64,000 bases of DNA, taken from positions 192,920 through 256,919 of the forward strand of contig JBCBZJ010000004.1 of NCBI GenBank assembly GCA_039815375.1, read 5' to 3'. Under the pieces are notes generated by a model that saw nothing but the letters and a program-made list of their open reading frames with translations, did not search any database and was not told the origin of the DNA. This document shows positions 1 through 9,645 of the stretch, piece after piece (the first letter of the stretch is position 1; each line of letters begins with the position of its first letter). The stretch comes from Verrucomicrobiota bacterium (GTDB lineage Bacteria > Verrucomicrobiota > Verrucomicrobiia > Opitutales > Coraliomargaritaceae). The position numbers and the translations under genes were made by a program.

Positions 1-1
1 G

Positions 2-127
2 GACACCCACCGAACCAATATCATGAAGAAACTCGATCTTCACGATGTCGCCGCCCTAACCCGCTGGGCGATCGCCAACAAGTTGGTTGACCCGATGGGC
101 ACCAACATGAGTCCGGACGAAGAGTAG
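2..127 (+). CDS. 3' end of a LuxR/NarL-family HTH regulator (partial)
   Basis: Manual translation [29 protein letters not shown]...EE* matches the C-terminal LuxR HTH pattern. Confidence 0.8.
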   Translation, partial: DTHRTNIMKKLDLHDVAALTRWAIANKLVDPMGTNMSPDEE

Positions 128-142
128 AACGCGGCGGCAGCA

Positions 143-172
143 TTGACTTCGCCTCTGGAGGCGTTGCATTCT
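143..172 (+). promoter_or_regulatory. sigma70-like promoter of aroC (probably leaderless)
   Basis: TTGACT-N18-CATTCT with TG extension, 6 nt before ATG 179; no SD. Confidence 0.5.
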
Positions 173-178
173 GATGCC

Positions 179-1273
179 ATGGGTAACTCCTTTGGCACAC
201 TTTTCAAAATTTCCACATGGGGCGAAAGCCATGGAGGCGGCATCGGCGTCGTGGTCGACGGCTGTCCGCCTCGGCTACCCATATCCGTCGCGGATATTCA
301 ATTTGAGCTGGATCGCCGTCGCCCCGGTCAGAGCGAAATCACCACGCCTCGCAAGGAAAGCGATACCGCAACCATCGTCTCAGGTGTTTACGAAGGTCTT
401 ACTCTAGGCACGCCCATTGGAATCTACGTACCGAATGGCGATCACCGTCCCTCCGCCTACTCGGAAATGAAGGACAAGTTCCGTCCTTCCCACGCTGACT
501 TCACCTATCAGACAAAATTCGGCATACGCAATCACGAGGGGGGCGGACGTTCCTCAGCTCGTGAGACCATTGGCCGAGTCGCAGCCGGAGCGATTGCAAA
601 AAAGATACTTAAGCTCTCCGGCGATATCGATATCAGTGCCTACATCACTCGGGTGCACGATATCGAAGCACCTGCCATAACCATTTTTCCCAGCCTCGAA
701 GAAGTTGAAGCCAGCCCGGTGCGTTGCCCCCATCCGGAAACCGCCGAGGCAATGGTGGAACGCATCAAAGCCATGCGCGCAGAGGGCGACTCGGTTGGTG
801 GCTTGATCGAATGCCGTGTCCGGAATCTGCCAGTGGGTCTGGGCGTGCCCGTTTTTGACAGGCTTGAGGCAGATCTCGCCAAAGCCATGCTCTCACTGCC
901 TGCCACCAAGGGTTTCGAAGTGGGCAGTGGCTTTGCCGGCACAGTTCTACGGGGCTCCGAACACAACGACGTCTTTATCAACAAGGATGGAAAAATCGGT
1001 ACCGAAACGAACCGCTCAGGCGGCGTTCAAGGTGGCATTAGCAACGGAGAAGAGCTCGTCTTCCGCGTTGCCTTTAAGCCGACTGCAACAATTATCCAAA
1101 ATCAGGAAACCGTCGACAAAGGGGGCAATGAAACCGAACTTATGGGGCGGGGACGCCACGACCCCTGCGTTGTGCCACGCGCCGTGCCGATCGTAGAGTC
1201 TATGGCCGCACTCGTGCTGGTCGATCACTGGATGCGCTACAAGGCACAGTGCACCTCGTTTGACTTTGAATAA
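179..1273 (+). CDS. aroC: chorismate synthase
   Basis: [27 protein letters not shown] motifs; ATG 179 preferred over TTG 143. Confidence 0.97.
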   Translation: MGNSFGTLFKISTWGESHGGGIGVVVDGCPPRLPISVADIQFELDRRRPGQSEITTPRKESDTATIVSGVYEGLTLGTPIGIYVPNGDHRPSAYSEMKDKFRPSHADFTYQTKFGIRNHEGGGRSSARETIGRVAAGAIAKKILKLSGDIDISAYITRVHDIEAPAITIFPSLEEVEASPVRCPHPETAEAMVERIKAMRAEGDSVGGLIECRVRNLPVGLGVPVFDRLEADLAKAMLSLPATKGFEVGSGFAGTVLRGSEHNDVFINKDGKIGTETNRSGGVQGGISNGEELVFRVAFKPTATIIQNQETVDKGGNETELMGRGRHDPCVVPRAVPIVESMAALVLVDHWMRYKAQCTSFDFE

Positions 1274-1366
1274 ATCGAATTCGAACACTTAAAATCGAAC
1301 TCTTCATACTAAAGTTCGAATCATTCGGTATTCGACCTTGGGGGTTCGGTGTTCACAGTTCACATC

Positions 1367-2101
1367 ATGTCGGAAGCACCTCTAGTCTATCTGATTTATG
1401 GCATCCCAGACTCGGGACGCCGCGAGATTATCTTCGATTTGATCGAAGGCGGAATCGATCCAGGCGAGCAAGTCCTCTACTTTCGCCCAAATGCTGAAAC
1501 TGTGTCTTCATACGACGAACAAATCGAAGCACTGGAAAATGTGAGTGTGGTTGGATGGGACCTGTTCGATTGCAAAGTTCGTCATGGAAAAATCACGGCA
1601 GCACCTGATAAAATCATCTTTATGGCACCCGGCACGGCCGACCCAGCAGATGTTGCCGAAGCTCTGAAAGCATGGAGCGAACACAACACATGCCAGACCG
1701 CGCGCATCATCACAATAGTGCACTGCAGTTTTCTACGAGCCAGCGAAAAGGCACTCCCCTGGTTTGATGCCTGTATCCATTTTTCGGATATGGTGTTGCT
1801 CAATCGAAGGGAGGCCGGAGACAATAAATGGACCAAGAACTTTGAAGAACGATACCACAAAGACCGCTATCCTTGCCGTTTCGAACCGTTAAAGAAAGGC
1901 CGCACGAGTAATCCGGCAGCAGTCCTCGAACCGGAAGCCAGACGCCTGTCACTCTATTTCGACGAGCTCATTCCCATAGAGGAGGACGAATTTGAGGACG
2001 AGGAACAACCCGAGGACATTCGGCCTGATCGCTACATCGAACGAAACGAAAGCGGCCAGCGCATGCAACCTGTGGTAAATATCACCCGCTTCCTCAGTTA
2101 G
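1367..2101 (+). CDS. hypothetical protein with degenerate CobW/P-loop GTPase-like fold
   Basis: VYLIYGIPDSGRR resembles Walker A; FSDMVLLNR resembles CobW ADVILLNK. Confidence 0.55.
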   Translation: MSEAPLVYLIYGIPDSGRREIIFDLIEGGIDPGEQVLYFRPNAETVSSYDEQIEALENVSVVGWDLFDCKVRHGKITAAPDKIIFMAPGTADPADVAEALKAWSEHNTCQTARIITIVHCSFLRASEKALPWFDACIHFSDMVLLNRREAGDNKWTKNFEERYHKDRYPCRFEPLKKGRTSNPAAVLEPEARRLSLYFDELIPIEEDEFEDEEQPEDIRPDRYIERNESGQRMQPVVNITRFLS

Positions 2102-2293
2102 TCCAGAACTTAAACTTATTTCTAATTTTCTTGTAATTAGATTATCTTATCATATAGCTCTATTTGCGATGCGAGAAAAACCAATTTGGTTCGGCTTGCA
2201 TTTGATAGTAGTAAATAAGAATGAACCAGTGCCGAGGTAGGCTGACTACAGGGCGCTTTCAAATCCAAATCTGAAAACAAACACAGTATCAAA

Positions 2294-5200
2294 ATGGACT
2301 TCAAAACTCAGCTCGGTCTTGATCCGCTCACCGCAGACTATGCGCACGAAGACGGTTCGCTCGTCGACTACGTAAATCTCAAGCTGACCTCAATCGGCCA
2401 ACCGACTTACGGAGAAGGCTCGGATCCAGAAGCCTTTGGACTCGGGAAAGCCTTACTTGCCAGTTATCAGGAGAAGTCGCGTCTGCTGACTGATTATTTG
2501 CCTCCGTGCGATCAACGTCTTCAGCGCTTTCTGGTAGATTACTTCGGTGAACTGGGTATGGAAGAACTGCCTAACCTGCCAAACGATACGCTGGTTCTAG
2601 ATCGCCATGGCATTGCACGGACACTCTCCCTTCCTGCAAAAGGTGACCACTTTTCGTCCGATGTACTTGATTCCTATCGAATCAAGCAAGGTGTGCTTCA
2701 CAATCCGAAGAGTGACCGACGCACCACCAAAGGCGTTTTCCATGTCGCTGAGGGCGGACTTCCAATTCCTAACGATAAAAAAGCAGTGCCCAAAATTGCT
2801 GCCGCTCGCCTTTTGAAGAAGGCCATTGAAGGGGCATCCGACGAGCTACTCACCCTTCCCTTCCTTTCCAACGAAGACATCAAGGCAAAATCCTGGGTAT
2901 CTCTCCTCCTTCGTCCAGTTGTGGTCCCGGAGGTCGACGGCTTCACCAAGGAAAAAAGGATGGAAGTCCGTTTTTTCGTTCCCGGAAACCTGGTTAGTAA
3001 TCTGGATTTCGTTGAATCAATCTTCGGTAATGCGGGCGACCCCTTCATTGCAGAAAACGATGCTGCGCTCAATCCAGAGCACTGGACCGGAACCAGCGGT
3101 TGCCTAATTCTAGCCCCCCATCTCATGGGTACGACAAAGAAAGAACTCGGCTTGCCACATATCTCCGAAGCAACCGATCGGCAGAAGCGGGACGGCATGT
3201 GCTGGGAGGAAGAAGATGAGCTCTACAACGATGGTGGAGCCTTCAAACTGACCTGTCGTGACGCCTTGGGGCGCATAGTCACGACTGTATCTGACAGTTA
3301 TTTCGGCTATTGCAAAAAAGAGGTGAAGACCCAAATCGGTTTCTCAGCGAATCTGATCGGACTTGCCGAAGAGGAACATGCCGGAGGCACACTCGCCTTC
3401 ACAGGTTATGACTTAGGTGAAGACTTTCAGCTCAACCAATACTTCCCGGATGTCGACCAAACCTTCGACGGCGTCGTCGCCCGGTATATCGATTTGATCG
3501 ATGTCCAGAAGGAGGGCTACGCGATTGATAAAAAATACAAGAACATCGTCTATTTGCCTGAAGATGCACGCATTGAGCTAAACACCCAGCGGATTTCCTG
3601 GATGAAGGATGGCATCGAGGAATCGATAAAACTCCTGCCCGAGCGCGCCTACGTGTATCCCTCTGGATACAAAGTTCAAATGATGAAGCCGGCAGAGGGC
3701 CGCCGCTGGCGTTTGGTAGGCTACACTGCGGAAAGCCGTGTCTGCCACAAGCCTTGCACCGTTTCCGGTGGCGGTAAGTCTGAAATTTCCAAGCCAATCA
3801 CGGATGCGATTATTTCCGGACCAGTCTTCGTCAGCGATTTCCACAAAGACTTCGATTTAGCCGAAGAGATCATAAAGAAGGAGTTTGGCGAACGCTTCAT
3901 TGATAAATCGCAGAATAAGGAGCACGGACGCCCGCTCCTTAGCAAAGAACGTTCGCTTGGTTCAGTCGTGCAGCTGCTGACTCCTTCCAAAAGTGAATAC
4001 ACTGAAGAATACAATACTTGGCTGAAAGACATCCCTCAGCATGTCAAAGAGCTCGTGCTTATCATTAAACGTTTTTATAAAGAGGACTGGGGCAATAACT
4101 GGCGTGAGCGTTTTACGGTCGACCTGATTAATGGCGAACCGGGCAACATCCTCCGTTATCGCGGCCAGCAGATGCTCACACAGTATCTACGGGTCGGCTA
4201 CACGGGCGATGGCTCCTGGCGAACTTTCGGCCTGCGTAAAGACTTCTTTCCAGCGCATAAGATTTCCCTGGAAGATGACATCACTGCGTCAGTCGTGGCA
4301 CCAACTAACAAGCTCAACAGCCTGCCTCCGGGTTGGAAGCAACTGTCCTCCAAATTCGTGCACAATTGCGAATACCGCTTTTTTCAGCGCCCTGACGATG
4401 CCATTATTCGCGGCTACGACAACCAGGCCGAAGCCGATCTCAGTTCCGATGGAGCCTTCCTAAGTAACTACGAGCCACTTGGCCAGGAATTCGCAAAGGA
4501 CGAAACCGAGGATGCCATTCGTTTCGGTCAATACACCCACCCAATGAAAAGCATGGTGGAAGACTTCGTGGCCAAGGGTTCGCCCGATTACTACTGCACC
4601 AACGCCTATCCTCGTATCGTGGACGGCAAGCCGACGAAGAATCCGCGCTACCTGCAGACCCGTCCTGATCTAAAAAGCCCGCGCGACATCTACCTCGCAA
4701 ATATGAGCTCACGTCTCTACCGCCGTCAGGATGCGCATTCAAAAATCCTTCGTCCGGTTACGTCCATCCTCCCTGGCCGCCGCAATAGCCCTGCAGACCC
4801 TGTCGCGGGCGTGAAGCCGCTTTGCGTGAACAACCCGATTCACTACATGGAGCTTCCTGAACTCTTCATGGAGTATATCGCAAGCATCACCGGTAAATCA
4901 CCATCCACCACCGGTGCAGGATCAGAGGGTGCACTAACAAAGGCACCATTCAACGCGCTGCCTCCGATTTACGATCTGAACAACGCACTGGTCTCCTATC
5001 TCGCGACTGAGCAGCCGGCTTTCATTACTGCCGCTGGCTACGTAGGGCCAAAGTTCCGCGTCGATCATGACATCAGTCTGCTCGTTCCGGAAATCTGGTG
5101 CCGCCTCAAGCCTGAGGAAGTGGACCCGCAATACCTTATCGAGAACGAATACCTCGAGAAGGTTGAAGACTTTGAACACAATGGAACATTCGTACCAGCC

Positions 5201-5752
5201 AGCCGTATCGGCTATCGTATTACTGCCAAATTCGTTCGTCGCTTCTTTGCCCGGGTGTTCAACAATCCAAACTCTGTGCTCAGCGAGGAAATGCTCAAGC
5301 CAGAGCTCCAGGACATAGATACCTATGTGGAAGGCATGTTGACCATCGCAGCCGCACACAAGGAAGTGGCCGAGAACTACTTCGCTGACGAATCCGTCGA
5401 GGAGGCCTGCCCACCACTCAAGGCCCTCCTTCACATCATGGCTCATGGCGAATACGAAGGCAAAGGACTCAATGATCCTGAAATCCGCAGCCTCTTCAGT
5501 CGTGAATCGATGCTCGAAAGCGATTGGTATAAAGAGCGGCTCGCCAGCCAGCAGGAATGTGATTCTGAAGCGTGGAAAGGCCATGTCGAATATCTTGAGC
5601 AGTTCCTTACCCGAGAGAGCCATGCTGTGGTCGCACAACGGCTTGGTGTGGAACAACGTCTCACCGCGGCGAAGGAAGAACTCGAAAAGGTTAGTGCACC
5701 CACTTACCTCGCTGAGCTTGTCGGGACGATCGGACGTCAGCCCATCAAGTAG
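2294..5752 (+). CDS. pyrophosphate-dependent phosphoenolpyruvate carboxykinase (PPi-PEPCK family)
   Basis: 1152 aa; GVLHNPKSDRRTTKGVFH, YFGYCKKEVKTQ, EEEHAGG, CHKPCTVSGGGKSEISK motifs typical of this family. Confidence 0.88.
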   Translation: MDFKTQLGLDPLTADYAHEDGSLVDYVNLKLTSIGQPTYGEGSDPEAFGLGKALLASYQEKSRLLTDYLPPCDQRLQRFLVDYFGELGMEELPNLPNDTLVLDRHGIARTLSLPAKGDHFSSDVLDSYRIKQGVLHNPKSDRRTTKGVFHVAEGGLPIPNDKKAVPKIAAARLLKKAIEGASDELLTLPFLSNEDIKAKSWVSLLLRPVVVPEVDGFTKEKRMEVRFFVPGNLVSNLDFVESIFGNAGDPFIAENDAALNPEHWTGTSGCLILAPHLMGTTKKELGLPHISEATDRQKRDGMCWEEEDELYNDGGAFKLTCRDALGRIVTTVSDSYFGYCKKEVKTQIGFSANLIGLAEEEHAGGTLAFTGYDLGEDFQLNQYFPDVDQTFDGVVARYIDLIDVQKEGYAIDKKYKNIVYLPEDARIELNTQRISWMKDGIEESIKLLPERAYVYPSGYKVQMMKPAEGRRWRLVGYTAESRVCHKPCTVSGGGKSEISKPITDAIISGPVFVSDFHKDFDLAEEIIKKEFGERFIDKSQNKEHGRPLLSKERSLGSVVQLLTPSKSEYTEEYNTWLKDIPQHVKELVLIIKRFYKEDWGNNWRERFTVDLINGEPGNILRYRGQQMLTQYLRVGYTGDGSWRTFGLRKDFFPAHKISLEDDITASVVAPTNKLNSLPPGWKQLSSKFVHNCEYRFFQRPDDAIIRGYDNQAEADLSSDGAFLSNYEPLGQEFAKDETEDAIRFGQYTHPMKSMVEDFVAKGSPDYYCTNAYPRIVDGKPTKNPRYLQTRPDLKSPRDIYLANMSSRLYRRQDAHSKILRPVTSILPGRRNSPADPVAGVKPLCVNNPIHYMELPELFMEYIASITGKSPSTTGAGSEGALTKAPFNALPPIYDLNNALVSYLATEQPAFITAAGYVGPKFRVDHDISLLVPEIWCRLKPEEVDPQYLIENEYLEKVEDFEHNGTFVPASRIGYRITAKFVRRFFARVFNNPNSVLSEEMLKPELQDIDTYVEGMLTIAAAHKEVAENYFADESVEEACPPLKALLHIMAHGEYEGKGLNDPEIRSLFSRESMLESDWYKERLASQQECDSEAWKGHVEYLEQFLTRESHAVVAQRLGVEQRLTAAKEELEKVSAPTYLAELVGTIGRQPIK

Positions 5753-5758
5753 GCCTCA

Positions 5759-6403
5759 TCAAGAAGGTTTCAAAACCCTGAAGAGCTCACGCAGCTTTTC
5801 GGGGTCTTTGATACCTGGTTCCGATTCGACCCCACTGGCCAAATCAACCGCATTGGCCCCCGTTTGAGCGATCGCTTCAACGACGTTGACCGCCTTCAAA
5901 CCACCAGCCAATATCCAGTTGGTTCGCGGGAATTGCTGCTTGAGTTCGGCAAAGCCGGACCAGTCGCCCGTCCTACCCGTTCCGCCGAACAGGTCTCCAT
6001 GATAGCCATCCAACAAAACGGTATCAGCAAATTCCAAAACCAAATCCGGAAACTCCTCACCTGGTGAAAGCCGCGGTGCGATCCAGAGCCGTTCTCTGCC
6101 AACCAACCCTGACCATGCAGCCAGGGAGGCCAACCCGACCTGAAGACCTGCATGAATCTGGAAATAATCAAAACCCGAATCGCGATAGCGTTCCAGTTCC
6201 TCGGTCCCGGTTTCCACATCAACCAAGACCCGCTTGCCCTCGGGCACGCGACTGGCCAACTCCAGGGCTCGATTGAAAGAAAGACCGCGCGGCGACTTGG
6301 GAAAAATGTTCAAGCCGATGTAATCGGCTCCCAGCTCAAGTGCCAGGTCGACATCCTCTTCACGAGTAAACCCGCAAATCTTTACTTCAACCGGCCGATA
6401 CAT
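5759..6403 (-). CDS. trpF: phosphoribosylanthranilate isomerase
   Basis: VKICG, SPR, GGTG, LAGGL, VDLASGVE..PGIKD. Confidence 0.95.
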   Translation of the reverse strand: MYRPVEVKICGFTREEDVDLALELGADYIGLNIFPKSPRGLSFNRALELASRVPEGKRVLVDVETGTEELERYRDSGFDYFQIHAGLQVGLASLAAWSGLVGRERLWIAPRLSPGEEFPDLVLEFADTVLLDGYHGDLFGGTGRTGDWSGFAELKQQFPRTNWILAGGLKAVNVVEAIAQTGANAVDLASGVESEPGIKDPEKLRELFRVLKPS

Positions 6404-6464
6404 TTCGGAGAGAGAACACCGGTTCAGAAAAACAGCAACTACCGTTTATAAGCTCTATCGACGG

Positions 6465-7046
6465 CTAGACAGTTTGCTGCCGAAGACGCAGATAAATCAG
6501 AAAGCTCGGGAACGCAGCAAACGCAATCAGGCAGGTTCCGAAGACAAGAAGTGAATATGGATGCTCAATTTGCAAAAGTAGAAAAGCGCAAAGGCACCAT
6601 CCTACAGTACAACAGAGCGCCGGAGGCTCACGCCGGTAAAAATATTGGACACCGTAGCCAACCGCTAAGACCAAAGCGATTATTCCAAGTAAATGCTTAA
6701 TCGTAATCCAAGCGAAAGCAAAACTGGTGAGGGCAGTAACTACAGTGATTGCAATACATACCATCCAAACCTGCCCCGAGCGAGAATAGACCTTGAATTC
6801 ACCATGCTCCCGCCGAATTAAATCCACATACACGATGCTCGCAATAGTAGCCATGAAGAGGGAAAGACTCCAGACATAGGTCACGGAATTGATCGGCACC
6901 GCATAAGCCACTACACAGTATTCAAGTATAAAGCACTTGGCGAACAAGAGGGCCCAGAAAAGCACGAGTATGTGGTGCCTCTTCCGCAGGGCCATATCAG
7001 GATAATCCGTGACGATTCTATCAATAGAGTTTGTTGGTAAATCCAT
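6465..7046 (-). CDS. hypothetical membrane protein
   Basis: About six hydrophobic segments; start uncertain. Confidence 0.65.
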   Translation of the reverse strand: MDLPTNSIDRIVTDYPDMALRKRHHILVLFWALLFAKCFILEYCVVAYAVPINSVTYVWSLSLFMATIASIVYVDLIRREHGEFKVYSRSGQVWMVCIAITVVTALTSFAFAWITIKHLLGIIALVLAVGYGVQYFYRREPPALCCTVGWCLCAFLLLQIEHPYSLLVFGTCLIAFAAFPSFLIYLRLRQQTV

Positions 7047-7238
7047 CAATTTCAGTTTACACTTGATCAGCGCGGGTATCGGAAAGAAGTCCTATAATCA
7101 AAAAGATACCATCAGCCGGCAGCAAGCAGGCAATTTCAGAATTGCAGGTATTTCGGCTCAGTCCCGAAGCGAGCTGATCCTGAATTGAGTTTCGACCCTG
7201 CTTTAACACATGGAGAAATCGCGCACCATTATTCTAGC

Positions 7239-7772
7239 TTACTCACAAATTAGAGGCAGCTCGACTCCCTCGCTACTCAGAATAGCTTGCTTGATACCTA
7301 CGCCCCAACGATAGCCACCCAAACTTCCATCAGTGCGCAAGACCCGATGACAAGGTACAAGAAATGAGACCGGATTTGAACCAATCGCGGTGCCGACTGC
7401 ACGGGACGCACGGGGTCGGCCCACTGCTGCCGCAATCTGCGCGTAGGTGCGTGTTTCTCCTCTTGGAATCGCCTGCAATGCCGACCAAACCTCGGTTTGG
7501 AAGGGGGTTCCTTGCAACAAAAGCTCTAACCTCTCTGCCGAATCTGCATTTGGATCAAAGATCCGGCCGACCCATTCTTTAGCCAACTTCGGTCGATGCA
7601 CCAGAGGGCCATAAGACCACACGGGTAAAGCCGTTTCACCCTCTGAAACCGGATGAAAACTCAGCCAGGCGACAGACCCGCAACAGAGCCCGACGACGCA
7701 ATCGCCAAAGGGCGATACATCGCAGCCATAACAAAGCGTCTTGTCCGACAAGTCATTCAGAGCTTGATGCAC
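7239..7772 (-). CDS. ogt: methylated-DNA--protein-cysteine methyltransferase
   Basis: GTPFQ..VW, RAVG, NP, VPCHRV active site, GGYRWG. Confidence 0.93.
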   Translation of the reverse strand: MHQALNDLSDKTLCYGCDVSPFGDCVVGLCCGSVAWLSFHPVSEGETALPVWSYGPLVHRPKLAKEWVGRIFDPNADSAERLELLLQGTPFQTEVWSALQAIPRGETRTYAQIAAAVGRPRASRAVGTAIGSNPVSFLVPCHRVLRTDGSLGGYRWGVGIKQAILSSEGVELPLICE

Positions 7773-7800
7773 TCGCTGGAGATCTCACTCTGAGGGGTTT

Positions 7801-7820
7801 CAGGCGAGATTTTTCGCCTG
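7801..7820. promoter_or_regulatory. inverted repeat between divergent ogt and ABC operon
   Basis: CAGGCGA-N6-TCGCCTG. Confidence 0.35.
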
Positions 7821-7861
7821 TATTTGAACAACTTTTTACAAAAGCAGACTATTTTTGAGTA

Positions 7862-8878
7862 ATGGAGGACATCCCTAGCATTCGCGTTCAGAACTTAACG
7901 CGACAATTTGGTGCCGTCAAAGCGATCGAGAATGTGAACTTCACTGTCGAGCGTGGTGAGGTCGTCGGATTTCTGGGGCCGAATGGTGCGGGCAAAAGCA
8001 CAACCATGCGTATCCTCTCCGGCATTCTCACAGCCAGCTCGGGTTCCGCTTGGGTCGGTGGTGTCTGCGTCGCGCAGCACCCGCACGAGGTGAAACGGAA
8101 AATTGGCTACATGCCCGAGAACAATCCGCTGCCGGACGACATGCGCGTGGTTGAATACCTGCGCTTCCGTGGCCGCCTCAAGGGAGTTCCAGGCTCCAAG
8201 CTTCGCGAATCTGTGCAGGAAGCCATGGAAATCTGTGATCTTGCCCGGACCGCACGGCGTAAAATCATCGGCACACTCTCCAAGGGCTTCCGCCAACGCG
8301 TCGGTATCGCCGATGCACTTCTGGGTAGACCCGAGCTCATCATCATGGATGAGCCGACCATCGGTCTCGATCCACACCAGATTCAAGGTATCCGTAAGTT
8401 GATCGACAGCCTGCGTGGTAAGCACACCGTCATCCTATCGAGCCACATTCTTCCCGAAATCGAACGCTGCTGCGACCGAGTCATCATTATTAACCGTGGC
8501 CGAATCGTTGCCGCCGGCACCAGTGTAGAGCTCCGCGACGAATTCCTCCCGGGCAATCGTTTTGAAATACAGGTCAGCGGGAGTGGAGAAGCTGTCATCC
8601 TTGCCTTGTCTGAATCAGGGATCGATGCTGCAGTTATCGATAGTGAAAAGACATCTGAAAACAGTGCCAAGCTACTCCTTCGGATCGAAGGGCAGGACGC
8701 ATTTGGCAGTCGCCTGATCCAAAGCCTAAGCAAGCAGGATTCTTTTGAACTACTCAGTTTGGCCCCTTTCGATCCAACACTCGAAGAAATTTTCCTCGCA
8801 GCCACAAAACGCTCATGGGAAGAAACGATCGAAACAAAACCACAAAAGGAAGAAGCGGTGGCTGCCGCGACAGGTTGA
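7862..8878 (+). CDS. ABC transporter ATP-binding protein (GldA-like)
   Basis: GPNGAGKST, LSKGFRQR, DEPTIGLDP, SSH. Confidence 0.93.
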   Translation: MEDIPSIRVQNLTRQFGAVKAIENVNFTVERGEVVGFLGPNGAGKSTTMRILSGILTASSGSAWVGGVCVAQHPHEVKRKIGYMPENNPLPDDMRVVEYLRFRGRLKGVPGSKLRESVQEAMEICDLARTARRKIIGTLSKGFRQRVGIADALLGRPELIIMDEPTIGLDPHQIQGIRKLIDSLRGKHTVILSSHILPEIERCCDRVIIINRGRIVAAGTSVELRDEFLPGNRFEIQVSGSGEAVILALSESGIDAAVIDSEKTSENSAKLLLRIEGQDAFGSRLIQSLSKQDSFELLSLAPFDPTLEEIFLAATKRSWEETIETKPQKEEAVAAATG

Positions 8879-8880
8879 GG

Positions 8881-9645
8881 ATGCGACATTTTCTAACTCT
8901 ACTCAAACATGAGCTACGCATGCTTATGATCAGCCCTTCCACCTATGTGGCGGGTGTATTGTTTCTCTGTCTTATGGGCTTCCTTTACTGGGCAATTCTG
9001 CGAAGCATGGTCAATGCACCCTCGGAGACCCTGCCGACCGTTCAATTTTTCAGCATCTTCTGGATACCGGTTTTCTTTGTCGTGCCACTGCTAACGATGC
9101 GCAGTATTGCAGGTGAACGAAGCATCGGGACCCTGGACACACTCATGACCACGCCCACTTCGAGAGTCGCAGTCATTTTGAGCAAATTCGCGGGCGCGTA
9201 TTTATTTTATATGCTGCTGTGGGCTCTGACACTCGGATTCCCACTTATTACCCAAGAGCTTTTCCCTCAGGCATCCGATACCGGTGCTTTGATGGACAGT
9301 GCCTCAATCCTGGGAAGCTTCCTTTTCCTCGCGACCAGCGGTATCCTTTTCATCTCGATCGGCATATTCTCCAGCAGTGTAACGCGGAGCCAGCTCGTCG
9401 CCGGCATGCTTTGTTTCACTACGCTTTTCGTCGTCATCGTTGGAGGTCAGCAACTTGGTAATTTGTCTTTCAACGCAGACGATATGGTCGGCTGGCTGGA
9501 AGCCACCGTCAGCTACCTTCAAATCTTCCAGCACCTCGATGACTTTTCACGGGGTATCGTGGATACACGCCCATTCTTCTACTACACCAGCACGGGCGCC
9601 CTCCTATTGGGCCTTTCTATTCTCGTGATTGAAGCAAAAGCATGA
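8881..9645 (+). CDS. ABC-2 type permease (GldF-like)
   Basis: PLLTMRSIAGER..GT..LMTTP, six TM segments; ATG 8881 directly after the ATPase. Confidence 0.88.
   Translation: MRHFLTLLKHELRMLMISPSTYVAGVLFLCLMGFLYWAILRSMVNAPSETLPTVQFFSIFWIPVFFVVPLLTMRSIAGERSIGTLDTLMTTPTSRVAVILSKFAGAYLFYMLLWALTLGFPLITQELFPQASDTGALMDSASILGSFLFLATSGILFISIGIFSSSVTRSQLVAGMLCFTTLFVVIVGGQQLGNLSFNADDMVGWLEATVSYLQIFQHLDDFSRGIVDTRPFFYYTSTGALLLGLSILVIEAKA

Noticed and set aside
4934..5656. 240-aa minus-strand ORF and the many similar 60-220 aa nested ORFs
   Set aside because: They lie inside well-supported genes on another frame or strand and have no recognisable motifs
7140..7190. TPP, SAM-I or 6S RNA resemblance
   Set aside because: Only short word matches; conserved cores absent; kept only as an unnamed RNA candidate
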